From an uncultured Methylomirabilota bacterium (GTDB lineage Bacteria > Methylomirabilota > Methylomirabilia > Methylomirabilales > 2-02-FULL-66-22), in NCBI GenBank assembly GCA_963845565.1, contig CAWJSJ010000002.1:2368001-2432000 (forward strand): DNA of 64,000 nucleotides, in the 5' to 3' direction. This document shows positions 41,499-56,914 of the stretch, in pieces; the stretch's first letter is position 1; every line of letters begins with the position of its first letter. Made by a program: the position numbers and the translations under genes. The notes below the pieces were generated by a model. It saw only the letters and a list, made by a program, of their open reading frames with translations. It did no database searches and had not been told where the DNA came from.

Positions 41499-43997
41499 CT
41501 ACCGGTTGCTGGCTTGCGGAGGAGGGGCGGCGAGGGGTGGCACGGCCCCTCGGGGTGGTGGCAGCCGGCCGGGACCTGGTGCGGGCGATGGCGCAGCGGT
41601 CCGTGGCGACGCCTGGTCCGCGGCGGGCGCCGGGCGAGGGGCCGGATCGGCTGCCGGAGTGAGCGGCGGGGCGATCGCCGCCGGGCGAGGGGCCGGATCG
41701 GCCACCGGGGCGAGCGGCGGGGCGATCGCCGCCGGCCCTGCGAGTTCGGCGCCCTGGCCGGGCTGCTCCGGGACGGAGCTGCGATTCGCCGGAGGGGATG
41801 AGCGGCCCAGCTGGAGATCCTCATTCGTCGGGCCCGTCCCGTTGGGCGCGGGGAAGTCCTCGGCTTCCGTTCCTGCCAATGCCTTCTGCATGAAGTGGAT
41901 CCAGATGGGGAGCGCGAGGCGCCCGCCGGTCTCGGCGGAGCCCAGGGAGCGCTTGACGTCGTACCCGATCCAGACCCCCGCCACCAGGCTGGGGCTGAAG
42001 CCGACAAACCAGAGGTCGGTGGCGTCGTCCGTGGTTCCGGTCTTGCCGGCCAGTGGTCGCTGGAGGACTTTGGCGCGGGCGCCCGTGCCGCGCTCGATCA
42101 CGCCCTTCATGACATCGACGAGGACGTGGGCCGTCTGTGGCCGCATCACCTCCTGGGTTTCCGTGACGTGTTGCTCCAAGATTCGCCCCTGCAGGTCGGT
42201 CACCCTGCGGATGGCGAACGGCTCTGCCCGGACGCCCCCGTTGGCGAAGACGCCGTAGGCGGAGACCAGCTCCAGCGGGGTGACCTCGGACACGCCCAAC
42301 GCCAGGGCTATCTCGCGGCGCAGTTCGCTCTCGATGCCCACTTGGTGGGCCAGCTTGATGACCGGATCGACTCCGACCTGCTGGAGGAGCTTGACCGTGA
42401 CGACGTTGATCGAGTTCTCCAGCGCGCGTCGCAGCGTCGTGGGGCCATGGAACTTCCGATCGAAGTTCCGGGGCGACCACTCGACGACCTGGCCGCCCAC
42501 CCGGGTGTGGAAGCTGATGGGCGAGTCGTCAATGACCGTGGACGGTGTGAGCCCGCGGTCAAACGCCGCGGCATAGATGAACGGCTTGAAGGCGGAGCCG
42601 GGCTGCCGCTTCGCTTGCGTGGCTCGGTTGAACTTGCTGCGTTCGAAATCGTAGCCGCCGATGAGGGCCTTGATGGCCCCGTCCCGCGGGTCCAGGGCGA
42701 TGAGGGCACCCTCCAGCTCCGGATGCTGCTCGAGGCCGAGGTCGACCGTCTTGCGCTGCTCATTTACCGCCAGCACCTGGACGAGGATCGGGCCGCCCTC
42801 CCGGAACGCCTCGCCGGGATTGGCGAGCTTGGTCCACTTCAGGCTGTCGAAGCGGAATCTCCCCGCGGTACCGACCCAGCTGGACCTCCACAGACTTCGG
42901 TTTGATCTTGAGCACCGTCCCCGGCAGGATCTCGCCCACCCGGGGGGTATAGGGGCCCATCCGTCCGCGCAGGCCCTCGGCCTTGGCCGGGCGGTACCCG
43001 TGACCCTTGTCCAGGTCGCGGAGGCCGCCGACCAGAGCCTCTTCCGCGGCCCGGTACATCGTCAGGTTGAGCGTCGTGTAGACTCTGAGGCCCGTGTTGT
43101 AAAGCGCGTACGCCCCGTAGGTCTCCTCCAGGATCTGGCGGACGTGCTCCACGAAGTAGGGGGCGACGGTGGCGCTCCGCGTGAAGAGGGTCTCGTTGAA
43201 CGGTGTGCGGCCGGCCTCGTCCGCGTCGGCGCGGGTGATGTACTTCTCGTCGACCATCCGGTTCAGGACGTGATCGCGTCGTCGCCGGGCGCGCGGCCGG
43301 ATCCACGATCGGGAGAGAACCGGTTGGGCGCACTGGGCAGGCCGGCCAACATGGCGGCCTCGGCGAGGTTGAGGTCGCCCACCGGTTTCTTGAAGTAGGT
43401 CTGCGCGGCGGCCTCCACCCCGTAGGCCCCGTGGCCGAAGTAGACGAGATTAAAATAGAGCTCCAGGATCTTCTCCTTGGAGAACTGTTTCTCGATCTCG
43501 ACGGCGAGGAGGGCCTCCTTGACCTTGCGGGAGATGTTCTTCTCGGGGGTGAGAAAGAGGCCGCGGGCGAGCTGCTGCGTGATCGTGCTGCCGCCCTGCG
43601 CCCGGCGCCGGGCGACGAGGTTCATGACCAGGGCCCGGCCGATTCCCCGCATTGACAGGCCGTGGTGCTCGAAGAAGCGGGAATCTTCGACGGCCAGCAC
43701 CGCCTGCTTCAGGTGGGCGGGGATCTGGTTGAGCGGGACCAGTGTGCGCCGCTGCTCGTAGAACGAGTGGAAGGGCTCGTCCTGATCGGTGTAGAGCGTG
43801 GTGGCGATGCTGGGCTGGTACTCCTCGAGGCCGTCCAGGCTCGGCAGATCCACCAGGAATGCGGCGAAGATGCCGGCTGCGGCGCCGAACCCGATGACGA
43901 TCGTCACGATGAGGCACCAGAAAGCCGTGACGATGACCCGGCGCCACAACCCCTGTCGGCGGGTGGAAGTTGGCCGTGCACGCTCCGGAGTCGCCAT
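41499..43997 (-). CDS. Class A penicillin-binding protein PBP1A (frameshifts near 43300 and 42850)
   Basis: EDSRFFEHHG, QGGSTITQQLAR, RQPGSAFKPF (SxxK), SIN, GKTGT. Confidence 0.9.
41630..41735. repeat. 51-bp tandem duplication in the PBP1A Pro/Ala-rich tail
   Basis: Encodes PAAIAPPLxPxADPAPR twice. Confidence 0.8.
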
Positions 43998-44146
43998 GGC
44001 GCAAAATATAACACACGGTCGGCCGCGTGCCTAGCGCCAACGGGCGCGCCGCGCGGCGTCCGACGGGAGATCTGCACGGTCTTTTCGGTTGCGGGGATGA
44101 CCCTCCTGTGGTAGAAAGCGCGCCTGTTGTGGAAAGGATTCGCGGC

Positions 44147-45394
44147 ATGACTGGGACCGCCATCGAGCAGGAAGCACAGCGCCAGCTGGCCATCCTCAAG
44201 GCCAGGTGCGTGGATCTGTTGGTCGAGGAGGAGCTGCACCGAAAGCTCTGCCGTTCGCTGGCGACCCGGACGCCGCTCCGGGTCAAGCTGGGTTTGGACC
44301 CGACCGCGCCCGACCTCCACATCGGCCACACCGTGGTCATCCACAAGCTGCGCGAGTTTCAACTGCTGGGCCATCAGGTCATCTTTCTCATCGGGGACTT
44401 CACCGGACGCATCGGCGATCCCACCGGCCGCTCCGAGACGCGCAAGGCGCTCACCGAGGCTCAGATCGCCCAGAATGCCGAGACCTACAAACGGCAGATC
44501 TTCAAGATCCTGGACCCGCACCAGACGGTGATCGACTACAACAGCCGGTGGGGCAAGACCCTCGGCTCGGAAGGGATCATCAAGCTGGCCGCCCAGTACA
44601 CCGTGGCCCGCATGCTGGAGCGGGACGATTTCCAGAAGCGCTTCGCCGAGGGCCGTCCCATCAGCATCCACGAGTTCCTGTACCCGCTGCTGCAGGGGTA
44701 CGACTCCGTGGCGCTCCAGGCCGACGTGGAGCTCGGCGGGACCGACCAGAAGTTCAATCTGCTGGTCGGCCGAGAGTTGCAGCGCGAAGCCGGCCAGGAG
44801 CCACAGGTCATCATGACGCTGCCGATCCTGGAAGGGCTCGACGGCGCGCAGAAGATGAGCAAGAGCCTGGGAAACTACATCGGGATCGACGAGCCCCCCC
44901 AGGCCATTTTCGGGAAGGCGATGTCCATCCCCGACGCGCTGATCGTGCGGTACATGGAGCTGGCGACCGCCATCGCGCGCGACGAGATCGCGGCGATGGC
45001 GAAGGGCCTGGCGAGCGAGGCGGCGAATCCGCGCGACGCCAAGGTGCGCCTTGCCAAGGCGCTGGTAACGCAGTACCATTCGGCCGAGGCCGCAGAGGAG
45101 GCGGCGCGCTGGTTCGCGCAGACCTTCAGCGCCCGGCAATTCCCCGATGACGCGGAGGTTGTGCGCGTGGACTCGGGAGCCCTCGAAGCCGACGGGCAGG
45201 TGGGAATTGCCCGCTTGATCGTCGTGTGCGGCAAGGGGGCAATCAGCAGCTCGGAAGCCGGCCGGCTGGTCGCGCAGGGCGGGGTGAAGGTCGACGGAGA
45301 AGCCATTTCCGATCGAGAGTCTCGCGTCTCTCTCGACCGCGAGCGGCGCTTGCAGGTCGGCAAGCGCCGTTTCTACAAGGTCTCGAGAGCGTGA
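44147..45394 (+). CDS. tyrS: Tyrosine--tRNA ligase
   Basis: DPTAPDLHIGH, KMSKS, C-terminal S4 domain. Confidence 0.97.
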   Translation: MTGTAIEQEAQRQLAILKARCVDLLVEEELHRKLCRSLATRTPLRVKLGLDPTAPDLHIGHTVVIHKLREFQLLGHQVIFLIGDFTGRIGDPTGRSETRKALTEAQIAQNAETYKRQIFKILDPHQTVIDYNSRWGKTLGSEGIIKLAAQYTVARMLERDDFQKRFAEGRPISIHEFLYPLLQGYDSVALQADVELGGTDQKFNLLVGRELQREAGQEPQVIMTLPILEGLDGAQKMSKSLGNYIGIDEPPQAIFGKAMSIPDALIVRYMELATAIARDEIAAMAKGLASEAANPRDAKVRLAKALVTQYHSAEAAEEAARWFAQTFSARQFPDDAEVVRVDSGALEADGQVGIARLIVVCGKGAISSSEAGRLVAQGGVKVDGEAISDRESRVSLDRERRLQVGKRRFYKVSRA

Positions 45395-45435
45395 CGGCTT
45401 CGCCGAAGGTTCTCGAAATTTCTTTTAAAAAGTAG

Positions 45436-45464
45436 TTGACAAGGTTCGTGCACACGAGTATAAA
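45436..45464 (+). promoter_or_regulatory. rRNA operon promoter
   Basis: TTGACA-N17-TATAAA with AT-rich UP element. Confidence 0.75.
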
Positions 45465-45680
45465 GAGAATCCCACGGCGGGAGGTTCCACGGCTGATGGG
45501 AACCGAAGATCCCGCGGGGACGTTCTAGAAGTGAAGCGGCGGGAGGTTTTTGAGCCCGCCCCTTTTTGTTCTCTGACAACAGAATATCATTGCTACGAGC
45601 TTGTGGGTGGACACATGAGTAATTACACCTCCGTCCGCCAGGACGGGGTGTCCGAGATCTCTCGTAAGAGAGACCGTATA

Positions 45681-47248
<1,568 letters not shown>

Positions 47249-47463
47249 AGCTTGGCCAGTCCCTCGAAAGTTGGACTGTACGGCTTCTGGTCGATTTACC
47301 CCAAGTTGGTAGCAATGATATCTAATACACGCGCGCATCTCTGGTGCGACACGGCGGGGCGGGGAACACTGCTGCCCCGTTGTCTGTCTGGAGACGAGGC
47401 CGAACCGTTGCGCGGCCCGAAGGTAGGCCAGCGGCTGCTGCGGTGGCGCTTCGTCGGTCGCGG

Positions 47464-47540
47464 GGGCCTTTAGCTCAGCTGGCTAGAGCGCACGCTTGAT
47501 AAGCGTGAGGTCCCTGGTTCGATCCCAGGAAGGCCCACCA
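47464..47540 (+). tRNA. tRNA-Ile(GAT)
   Basis: Cloverleaf in the 16S-23S spacer, anticodon GAT. Confidence 0.96.
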
Positions 47541-47618
47541 CAGGAATTGACGATTGACGATTGACGATTTTCGATTGTTCAATCGGCAATCAAAAATCGG
47601 CAATCGGAAATTTACTGT

Positions 47619-47694
47619 GGGGATGTAGCTCAGTTGGGAGAGCACCTGCTTTGCAAGCAGGGGGTCAGCGGTTCGATTCCGCTCATCTCCACCA
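47619..47694 (+). tRNA. tRNA-Ala(TGC)
   Basis: Cloverleaf in the 16S-23S spacer, anticodon TGC. Confidence 0.96.
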
Positions 47695-47800
47695 TGAGAG
47701 TGTGCTGCGCGTAAGAGTGTCCCCAGGAACATGTGGGGATTTGCTCTTTGACAACTGAATAGCGATCGGGTGTCTATATTGTTTCTCCGAGCAGAAGTGG

Positions 47801-50826
<3,026 letters not shown>

Positions 50827-50861
50827 ATTTTTCTTCTTTCATTCGATACTTTCGGGAAGCA

Positions 50862-51218
50862 ATGAGACACCCGATTCGCTATTCGTCTTTGCCAATGCGA
50901 TGCGTCGCTTTTGTGCTTGGCTTAAGCGGTACGCTGGTGCTTGGAGCGGACGATGTGTTGCCGGCGAACCAGGGAAAGCCCGAGGTGGCTACCCAGGTTC
51001 AAAAGGCGCCGGTAAAGTCGGCGGGAAAAGCCGATGTGAATACGGCGAGTGTCGACGAGCTCTCGCGACTGCCGGGGATGAACGTTCAGACCGCCGAAAA
51101 GATCATCGGAAATCGTCCGTACCGAAAGCTGGACGAACTGATCACCAAGAAGGTGCTGGGCAAGAAAGAGTTTGCGCAGGTTCGGGAGTATATCGTGATC
51201 AGGTCCGGCAAGAAGTGA
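50862..51218 (+). CDS. ComEA-like helix-hairpin-helix protein with signal peptide, located in the 23S-5S spacer
   Basis: DVNTASVDELSRLPGM..TAEKIIGNRPYRKLDEL; N-terminal hydrophobic segment. Confidence 0.82.
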   Translation: MRHPIRYSSLPMRCVAFVLGLSGTLVLGADDVLPANQGKPEVATQVQKAPVKSAGKADVNTASVDELSRLPGMNVQTAEKIIGNRPYRKLDELITKKVLGKKEFAQVREYIVIRSGKK

Positions 51219-51247
51219 TGTGTCGCGGTTGGCTCGAGTCCTGAAGT

Positions 51248-51364
<117 letters not shown>

Positions 51365-51372
51365 ATTTTTTC

Positions 51373-51416
51373 AAAGGGCCTCATGCGTTTTAAGCATGAG
51401 GCCCTTTGTTTTTCTT
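51373..51416 (+). terminator. rRNA operon terminator
   Basis: aaagggcctcatgc...gcatgaggcccttt followed by T-tract. Confidence 0.85.
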
Positions 51417-51557
51417 ACGGCAGCGGTCTTGCGCGGCACCGGATGGCATTTCTGCCGGATTCTGGCGTGTCCTCGCCAACGCCCTGGCGGGAGATGTCAA
51501 TTGACAGGGATGCAAGCGGTGTGTTAAATACTTGGATCAAAATGGCCGGAAAGACGG

Positions 51558-53027
51558 ATGAAAATCGCCTTCTCTGATACCAGGCAATCGTGGACCTCCC
51601 GGCTTCTCGTCGCGGTTGCGATCGTGACGGGCGCGGTGCTGTGTCTCGCGCCAACGGTTACTGCCGGGCAACCGGACAACTCGCAAAGACCTCCATCCGG
51701 TTCCTCAACACCGCCCCGCGAAACTGTCGCGCCGGTTTCAACCACGGCCGGAATCTCCAAGATCCGAATCGGGAAACACCCGGACTTCACCCGCGTCGTG
51801 CTGGAACTGACCGGGTCATATGAATGGACGATCGAGCAGCCCCCCGGCGGTCCGGTGCGGATCCTGATTCCTGGGGCCGGCGTGGATGCGAGCATCCGTC
51901 GTCTCGAGTTTTCCAGCGGAGTGATCCGGTCGGTACAGACGACGCGACGCGCCAACGGCATTGAAGTGATCTTGGTTTGCCAACCCGCCGGGGTGAAGCT
52001 ACGTACACAGACCCTGACGGAACCGGAACGGTTGGTGGTGGACGTGTCCCTTCCGGCTGCCGGGGAGGAGGGGCGGACGCTGGCACTGGCCGGCGTACCC
52101 CCACCAGGAAACCCGGCCAAGGCCGCCGCTCCGGCGCCGGCGCCGCGCACCGGGTTGGAGAAATCCCCCGCTTCAGAGGCTCCCACTCCTGAACCGGCGG
52201 ATCGGGCGGCGCGTATCCCCGCACCCCTGGGAAGCGCGGGGAAGGAGGCGGCCGGGGGGAGCGGGACGGGTGCAACGGCATTGCCGGACCGGGACGGTAC
52301 CAGAAAACCGTTGACGATCGTCCTCGACCCCGGCCACGGCGGACACGACACGGGCGCCATTGGGCCGACCGGCTTGATGGAGAAGGACGTGGTGCTGGAC
52401 CTGGGGTTCCGACTCCGGCGCCTGTTGCAGGACCGGCTCGGCGTCCGGGTGTTGATGACCCGGACCGAGGACGAGTTCGTGTCGCTCGCCGACCGGAGCG
52501 CCTTTGCCAATCGCGCCAAAGCGGACTTTCTGATCAGTCTGCACGTGAACGCGGCCAGCAAACGGGGAGCCGTCGGGTTCGAGACGTTCTTCTTCGCGCG
52601 TGAGCCGTCCGATAACGACGCGCGCGCCTCGGCGCAGCGGGAGAACCTGGTGGTCGAGGGCAACGGGGCGGGTGGGAACGACTTGGAGGCCTTGCTCAAG
52701 ACCACGCTCGCCGACATGGCGGTGACTCGCGATATCAAAGAATCGAGCAATCTGGCGGAACGCCTCCTGGCGTCCCTGGAGAAGATCCTGCGGGTCGACA
52801 ATCGCGGGGTCAAGTCCGGTCCGTTCTACGTCCTTGCCACAGCGGCCATGCCCGCCGTCTTGGTGGAGAGCGCGTTCATCACGAATCCCAAAGAGGAGCG
52901 AAAGCTCCAACGCGAGGAACACCGGCAGCGGATCGCCGACGCGCTGTATGAGGGGATTGCTGCGTACAAGGTCCGCTACGAGCAGCGACTGGGCTTGCGG
53001 ACCGTCCCGGCCGGCGTCGGGTCCTGA
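51558..53027 (+). CDS. N-acetylmuramoyl-L-alanine amidase with AMIN-like domain
   Basis: IVLDPGHGGHD, EKDVVL, ISLHVNA, PAVLVESAFITN. Confidence 0.92.
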   Translation: MKIAFSDTRQSWTSRLLVAVAIVTGAVLCLAPTVTAGQPDNSQRPPSGSSTPPRETVAPVSTTAGISKIRIGKHPDFTRVVLELTGSYEWTIEQPPGGPVRILIPGAGVDASIRRLEFSSGVIRSVQTTRRANGIEVILVCQPAGVKLRTQTLTEPERLVVDVSLPAAGEEGRTLALAGVPPPGNPAKAAAPAPAPRTGLEKSPASEAPTPEPADRAARIPAPLGSAGKEAAGGSGTGATALPDRDGTRKPLTIVLDPGHGGHDTGAIGPTGLMEKDVVLDLGFRLRRLLQDRLGVRVLMTRTEDEFVSLADRSAFANRAKADFLISLHVNAASKRGAVGFETFFFAREPSDNDARASAQRENLVVEGNGAGGNDLEALLKTTLADMAVTRDIKESSNLAERLLASLEKILRVDNRGVKSGPFYVLATAAMPAVLVESAFITNPKEERKLQREEHRQRIADALYEGIAAYKVRYEQRLGLRTVPAGVGS

Positions 53028-53031
53028 GCCG

Positions 53032-53646
53032 ATGCCCACCCAGCGTCGGACCGGTTCGCTGTGGCCCTGGCTCACCGTGCTGGTGACGAGCGGGGCGGTG
53101 ATCGGCGGGATCGGCTGGGACGTCTGGCCGCGAACGGTGGACTTGTCGGTCCTGCGTTCCCGCGTCCCGGGCGGCGCGATGGCGCCGACTCCGGCGGCCG
53201 AACAGATCAGCGTGCGTCTTTTTTTCCCCCAGGAGGCCAAACCCGTCCTTGCGGAAGAGGCGCGAGATGTTCCGCGCCGATTCCTCTTGTCGGATTCCGT
53301 ACGGGCCGTGGTGGCGGAACTGACCAAGGGGGGCGGGCCCGGGACGGCGCCGCCGCTTCCGCCGGAGACCGACATCCGTCAGGTCTCCCTGGATGCGTTT
53401 GGGATTCTGTATCTGGATTTCGCCGCAGGAATTGAGGCGCTGACCGCTGGAGATGCCACCCGCGCGGAGTTGAACATTTCGGCCGTGGTCCTCACGCTCA
53501 CGGCCAATTTCAGCGAGGTGAAGCGGGTGCAATTCTTATCGGCAGGTAGCGAGGTCTCCGCCCAGATCGGGAGCGCCGACCTGCGTCGTCCGTTGCAACC
53601 CTCCTTTCCCGGCGAGGAGTCCCAACCGATCACCCTCCAACCGTAG
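53032..53646 (+). CDS. GerMN domain protein
   Basis: N-terminal [27 protein letters not shown]; amidase-GerMN-rph synteny. Confidence 0.75.
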   Translation: MPTQRRTGSLWPWLTVLVTSGAVIGGIGWDVWPRTVDLSVLRSRVPGGAMAPTPAAEQISVRLFFPQEAKPVLAEEARDVPRRFLLSDSVRAVVAELTKGGGPGTAPPLPPETDIRQVSLDAFGILYLDFAAGIEALTAGDATRAELNISAVVLTLTANFSEVKRVQFLSAGSEVSAQIGSADLRRPLQPSFPGEESQPITLQP

Positions 53647-53723
53647 GAACGGCAGTAGGGGCGGGGCTCCCACCGCAGGTGTCGGCTCGCCTGCACACGC
53701 TTCGCACAGTGAACGGAGACGCC

Positions 53724-54608
53724 ATGCGGCCCGACGGGCGACAACCCAACCAGATGCGACCGGTGACGATCACGCGGGATTTCCTGCGCCATGCCGAGGG
53801 GTCGGTCCTGATCGAAGTGGGAGACACGAAAGTCGTGTGCACGGCCAGCGTGGAGGATCGGGTGCCCCCGTTCCTCCGCGACACCGGACAGGGGTGGGTC
53901 ACGGCCGAGTACGGCATGCTCCCCCGCTCGACCAAGACGCGCACTTCGCGTGAGACGTCGACCGGAAGACCGAGCGGGCGAACCTTCGAGATCCAGCGGT
54001 TGGTGGGACGCTGCCTGCGGGGCGTCGCGAACCTCGCCGCGCTCGGGCCGCGCACGATCTGGATCGACTGCGACGTCATCCAGGCCGACGGGGGGACGCG
54101 CACGGCCGCCATCACCGGGGCGTACGTCGCGCTTGCCGACGCGTTGCACTACCTCCGAAAGAACGGGCAGATCGCCACGCTTCCGCTGAAAGACTTCGTG
54201 GCGGCCACCAGCGTCGGCGTGGTGGAGGGGCAGGTCGTCCTGGATCTGTGTTATGCCGAAGATTCGATGGCCGATGTAGACATGAACGTCATCATGACGG
54301 GCGGCGGCAAGTACATCGAGGTTCAGGGCACCGCAGAGGACGCCCCGTTCGATCGGGGCCAACTGGACGCCATGCTCACCCTGGCGTCCACGGGGATCCA
54401 GGATCTCATCGCCATGCAGCGGCGTCTGCTGGCCGAGCGAGGCGGCGGCCACCAAGTAAGCCCAGGAACCTCCGTCGTCGATCGTCGTCCGCTGAAGCCC
54501 GCCACTTATTTTCCAAACAGGGCACGGGCGACGACACCGACCAGCCAGGTTCCGCCGCCGATGAATGCCACGAAGCCGCCCAGCAGCACGATCAGTGCCG
54601 GACCATGA
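53724..54608 (+). CDS. rph: Ribonuclease PH (true stop possibly ~54458)
   Basis: [38 protein letters not shown]. Confidence 0.95.
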   Translation: MRPDGRQPNQMRPVTITRDFLRHAEGSVLIEVGDTKVVCTASVEDRVPPFLRDTGQGWVTAEYGMLPRSTKTRTSRETSTGRPSGRTFEIQRLVGRCLRGVANLAALGPRTIWIDCDVIQADGGTRTAAITGAYVALADALHYLRKNGQIATLPLKDFVAATSVGVVEGQVVLDLCYAEDSMADVDMNVIMTGGGKYIEVQGTAEDAPFDRGQLDAMLTLASTGIQDLIAMQRRLLAERGGGHQVSPGTSVVDRRPLKPATYFPNRARATTPTSQVPPPMNATKPPSSTISAGP

Positions 54609-54709
54609 CTCAATGATGTGGTGAAGTCTTCGCCCCGCCGCAAGTTGCCCACCCAATGCACGACGCCATAACTGAGGGCCATCGCCCCGAAGAAGAGCGC
54701 GTACTCCAT
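54506..54709 (-). CDS. Small two-TM membrane protein
   Basis: GGAG-rich SD, 67 aa with two hydrophobic segments. Confidence 0.55.
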   Translation of the reverse strand: MEYALFFGAMALSYGVVHWVGNLRRGEDFTTSLSHGPALIVLLGGFVAFIGGGTWLVGVVARALFGK

Positions 54710-55034
54710 CTCCCTCTCTCCTGTGTCCCTGCTCTGCTCGGTGGGATGTTGCGCGCCGGTCGACGCGTTCGGGCGATGGTACCACAGGCTCGGCGCCGAC
54801 CGCCAGGGGTGCGCGCCGGCTATTCTCGTGCTTGAAGTGTGGGCGGCTGGCGACTCGATCGCCGAGGAGCCTGATTGCCACGGAAGGGACGCGGCATGCG
54901 GGTGGAGTATGCCGTCGTGACGGCGGGCCCTTTTCCGTTGCGCGCCACTCGGATTACATGTTAGAAACAGCCGTCCTTTGGAATCGGTGTCGCGTAGGGA
55001 TCGAGAATTTCTGGGCCGCGAGGGCATTAGTGGC

Positions 55035-55679
55035 TTGACAAACCAACCCCTCACCCATAAAATCACGCTCGTCATTGCGACCGGCAATCGCGGGAAATTC
55101 AAAGAGTTTGCCGAGTTGCTGCAAGGCCTGAATGCCGACATCGTGCCGCTCGACCGGGTTGGGCCTGTCGAGGTTCCTCCGGAGAGCGGCGACTCGTTTC
55201 AGGAGAACGCGCGGCTGAAAGCGGTGGCCGTCGCCACCGCGCTCGGAGCTGGGTTCTGGCTGATGATTCCGGTCTCGAGGTGGATGCGCTGGGGGGTGCC
55301 CCGGGTGTCCTTTCGGCCCGGTTCGGCGGCCCAGGTAAGACCGACGCCGAACGGTGCGACCTGCTCTTGGACAAACTCATAGGGATTGCTTCCGAGCGGC
55401 GAACGGCACGCTTTCGCTGTGTGGTTGCCCTCGCCGAGCCGGGCGGACGGGTGCACTGTCGCCGAGGGAGCTTGTGAGGGGCGTATCGCGTCGGCGCCGC
55501 GGGGCTCCCACGGGTTCGGGTACGATCCCGTGTTCGAGATCCCGGCGCTCGGCAAGACGCTGGCCGAGGTTGGGCCAGAGATCAAGAACCGCCTGAGCCA
55601 CCGGTCCCAGGCTGTCGCCAAGATGCGCGCGATCCTTCAGACTCTTCTGCCGACAGGTGACCGACGGCGGGAGGGGTGA
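55035..55679 (+). CDS. rdgB: Non-canonical purine NTP pyrophosphatase (frameshifts near 55250 and 55455)
   Basis: [44 protein letters not shown]. Confidence 0.88.
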
Positions 55680-55707
55680 GAGGCCGGAACGCCGGAAGAT
55701 GTTACCT

Positions 55708-55784
<77 letters not shown>

Positions 55785-55879
55785 GTCGGAGCGAATTGGA
55801 GATTGCAGATTGTCGATTGAAGATTTCGGGATTGGCACTCCCAATCGGCATTCTGCAATCTGAAATCTGCAATGTACCT

Positions 55880-55957
55880 GCGCCCGTAGCTCAGCCCGGA
55901 TAGAGCAACGGCCTCCGGAGCCGTGTGTCGGGTGTTCAAATCACCCCGGGCGCGCCA
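55880..55957 (+). tRNA. tRNA-Arg(CCG)
   Basis: Cloverleaf, anticodon CCG, CCA. Confidence 0.94.
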
Positions 55958-56045
55958 AGGGATTTTCGATTGAGGATTGTCGATTGACGATTCCGACCGA
56001 AACAATCGTCAATCATCAATCGGCAATCGTCAATTGTAAGGTTGT

Positions 56046-56123
56046 GGTGAGCGTAGCTCAATTGGTTAGAGCACTGGACTGTGGCTCCAGGGGTTGAGGG
56101 TTCAAGTCCCTCCGTTCACCCCA
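56046..56123 (+). tRNA. tRNA-His(GTG)
   Basis: Cloverleaf with G-1, anticodon GTG. Confidence 0.95.
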
Positions 56124-56207
56124 AAGTCGATTGCGATTTCGCGATTGCGGGATTGTCGTGAAGTCAATCGACAATCGTCAATCTGCAATCGTCAATATTC
56201 GGGAGAG

Positions 56208-56284
56208 GCGCCCGTAGCTCAGTCGGATAGAGCGGCTGGCTTCGAACCAGCAGGTCGGGAGTTCAATCCTCTCCGGGCGCGCCA
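56208..56284 (+). tRNA. tRNA-Arg(TCG)
   Basis: Anticodon arm gctgg-ct-TCG-aa-ccagc. Confidence 0.93.
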
Positions 56285-56382
56285 AGCGGGCGTTCACCCG
56301 AATGACCAATGACAAGCGAGCAATGACCAATCGTGATGTTCCGTTGGTCATTCGGGATTGAGAATTCGTCATTGTGTTCGGG

Positions 56383-56458
<76 letters not shown>

Positions 56459-56569
56459 AGAAAAGCATTGTCGATTGATGATTTCCGATTGGCGATTGCC
56501 TGGGGAAAGACATTCAGTGACGGTTCAATCGTCAATCGGCAATCGTCAATCTGAAATGTTTTTACGGAT

Positions 56570-56645
56570 GGGCCGCTAGCTCAGATGGTAGAGCAGCTGA
56601 CTCTTAATCAGCGGGCCGAAGGTTCGAGTCCTTCGCGGCCCACCA
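56570..56645 (+). tRNA. tRNA-Lys(CTT)
   Basis: Anticodon arm gctga-ct-CTT-aa-tcagc. Confidence 0.96.
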
Positions 56646-56794
56646 TCCGTTTCTGTTGACAATCCTGCGCGAGGCAACGAGGGGCGGCGCCGGGCGTCGC
56701 TCGACGCGGATACCTCGCATGTCGTCGGTTTGGAGAGTGCGGGCGAACCAGCCGCGAGGGCGCACAGCAGCTCACACCGAGGCCCTTGCCTCCG

Positions 56795-56878
56795 GCGAGA
56801 GTGGCGGAATGGCAGACGCGTCCCGTTTAGGGCGGGATGGGGTAACCCGTGGGGGTTCAACTCCCCCCTCTCGCACCA
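56795..56878 (+). tRNA. tRNA-Leu(TAG)
   Basis: Long variable arm, anticodon TAG, CCA. Confidence 0.93.
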
Positions 56879-56914
56879 AGCCGATTCTTCCTTGTTCACC
56901 CCACGTGAGAACCC

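Noticed and set aside
42770..42960. S1-like RNA-binding domain inside PBP1A
   Set aside because: An OB-fold insertion is a known feature of PBP1A proteins
54440..54608. Novel C-terminal extension of RNase PH
   Set aside because: A TAA at 54456-54458 in another frame sits where the protein normally ends, and the extension overlaps a convergent ORF; probably an indel artefact
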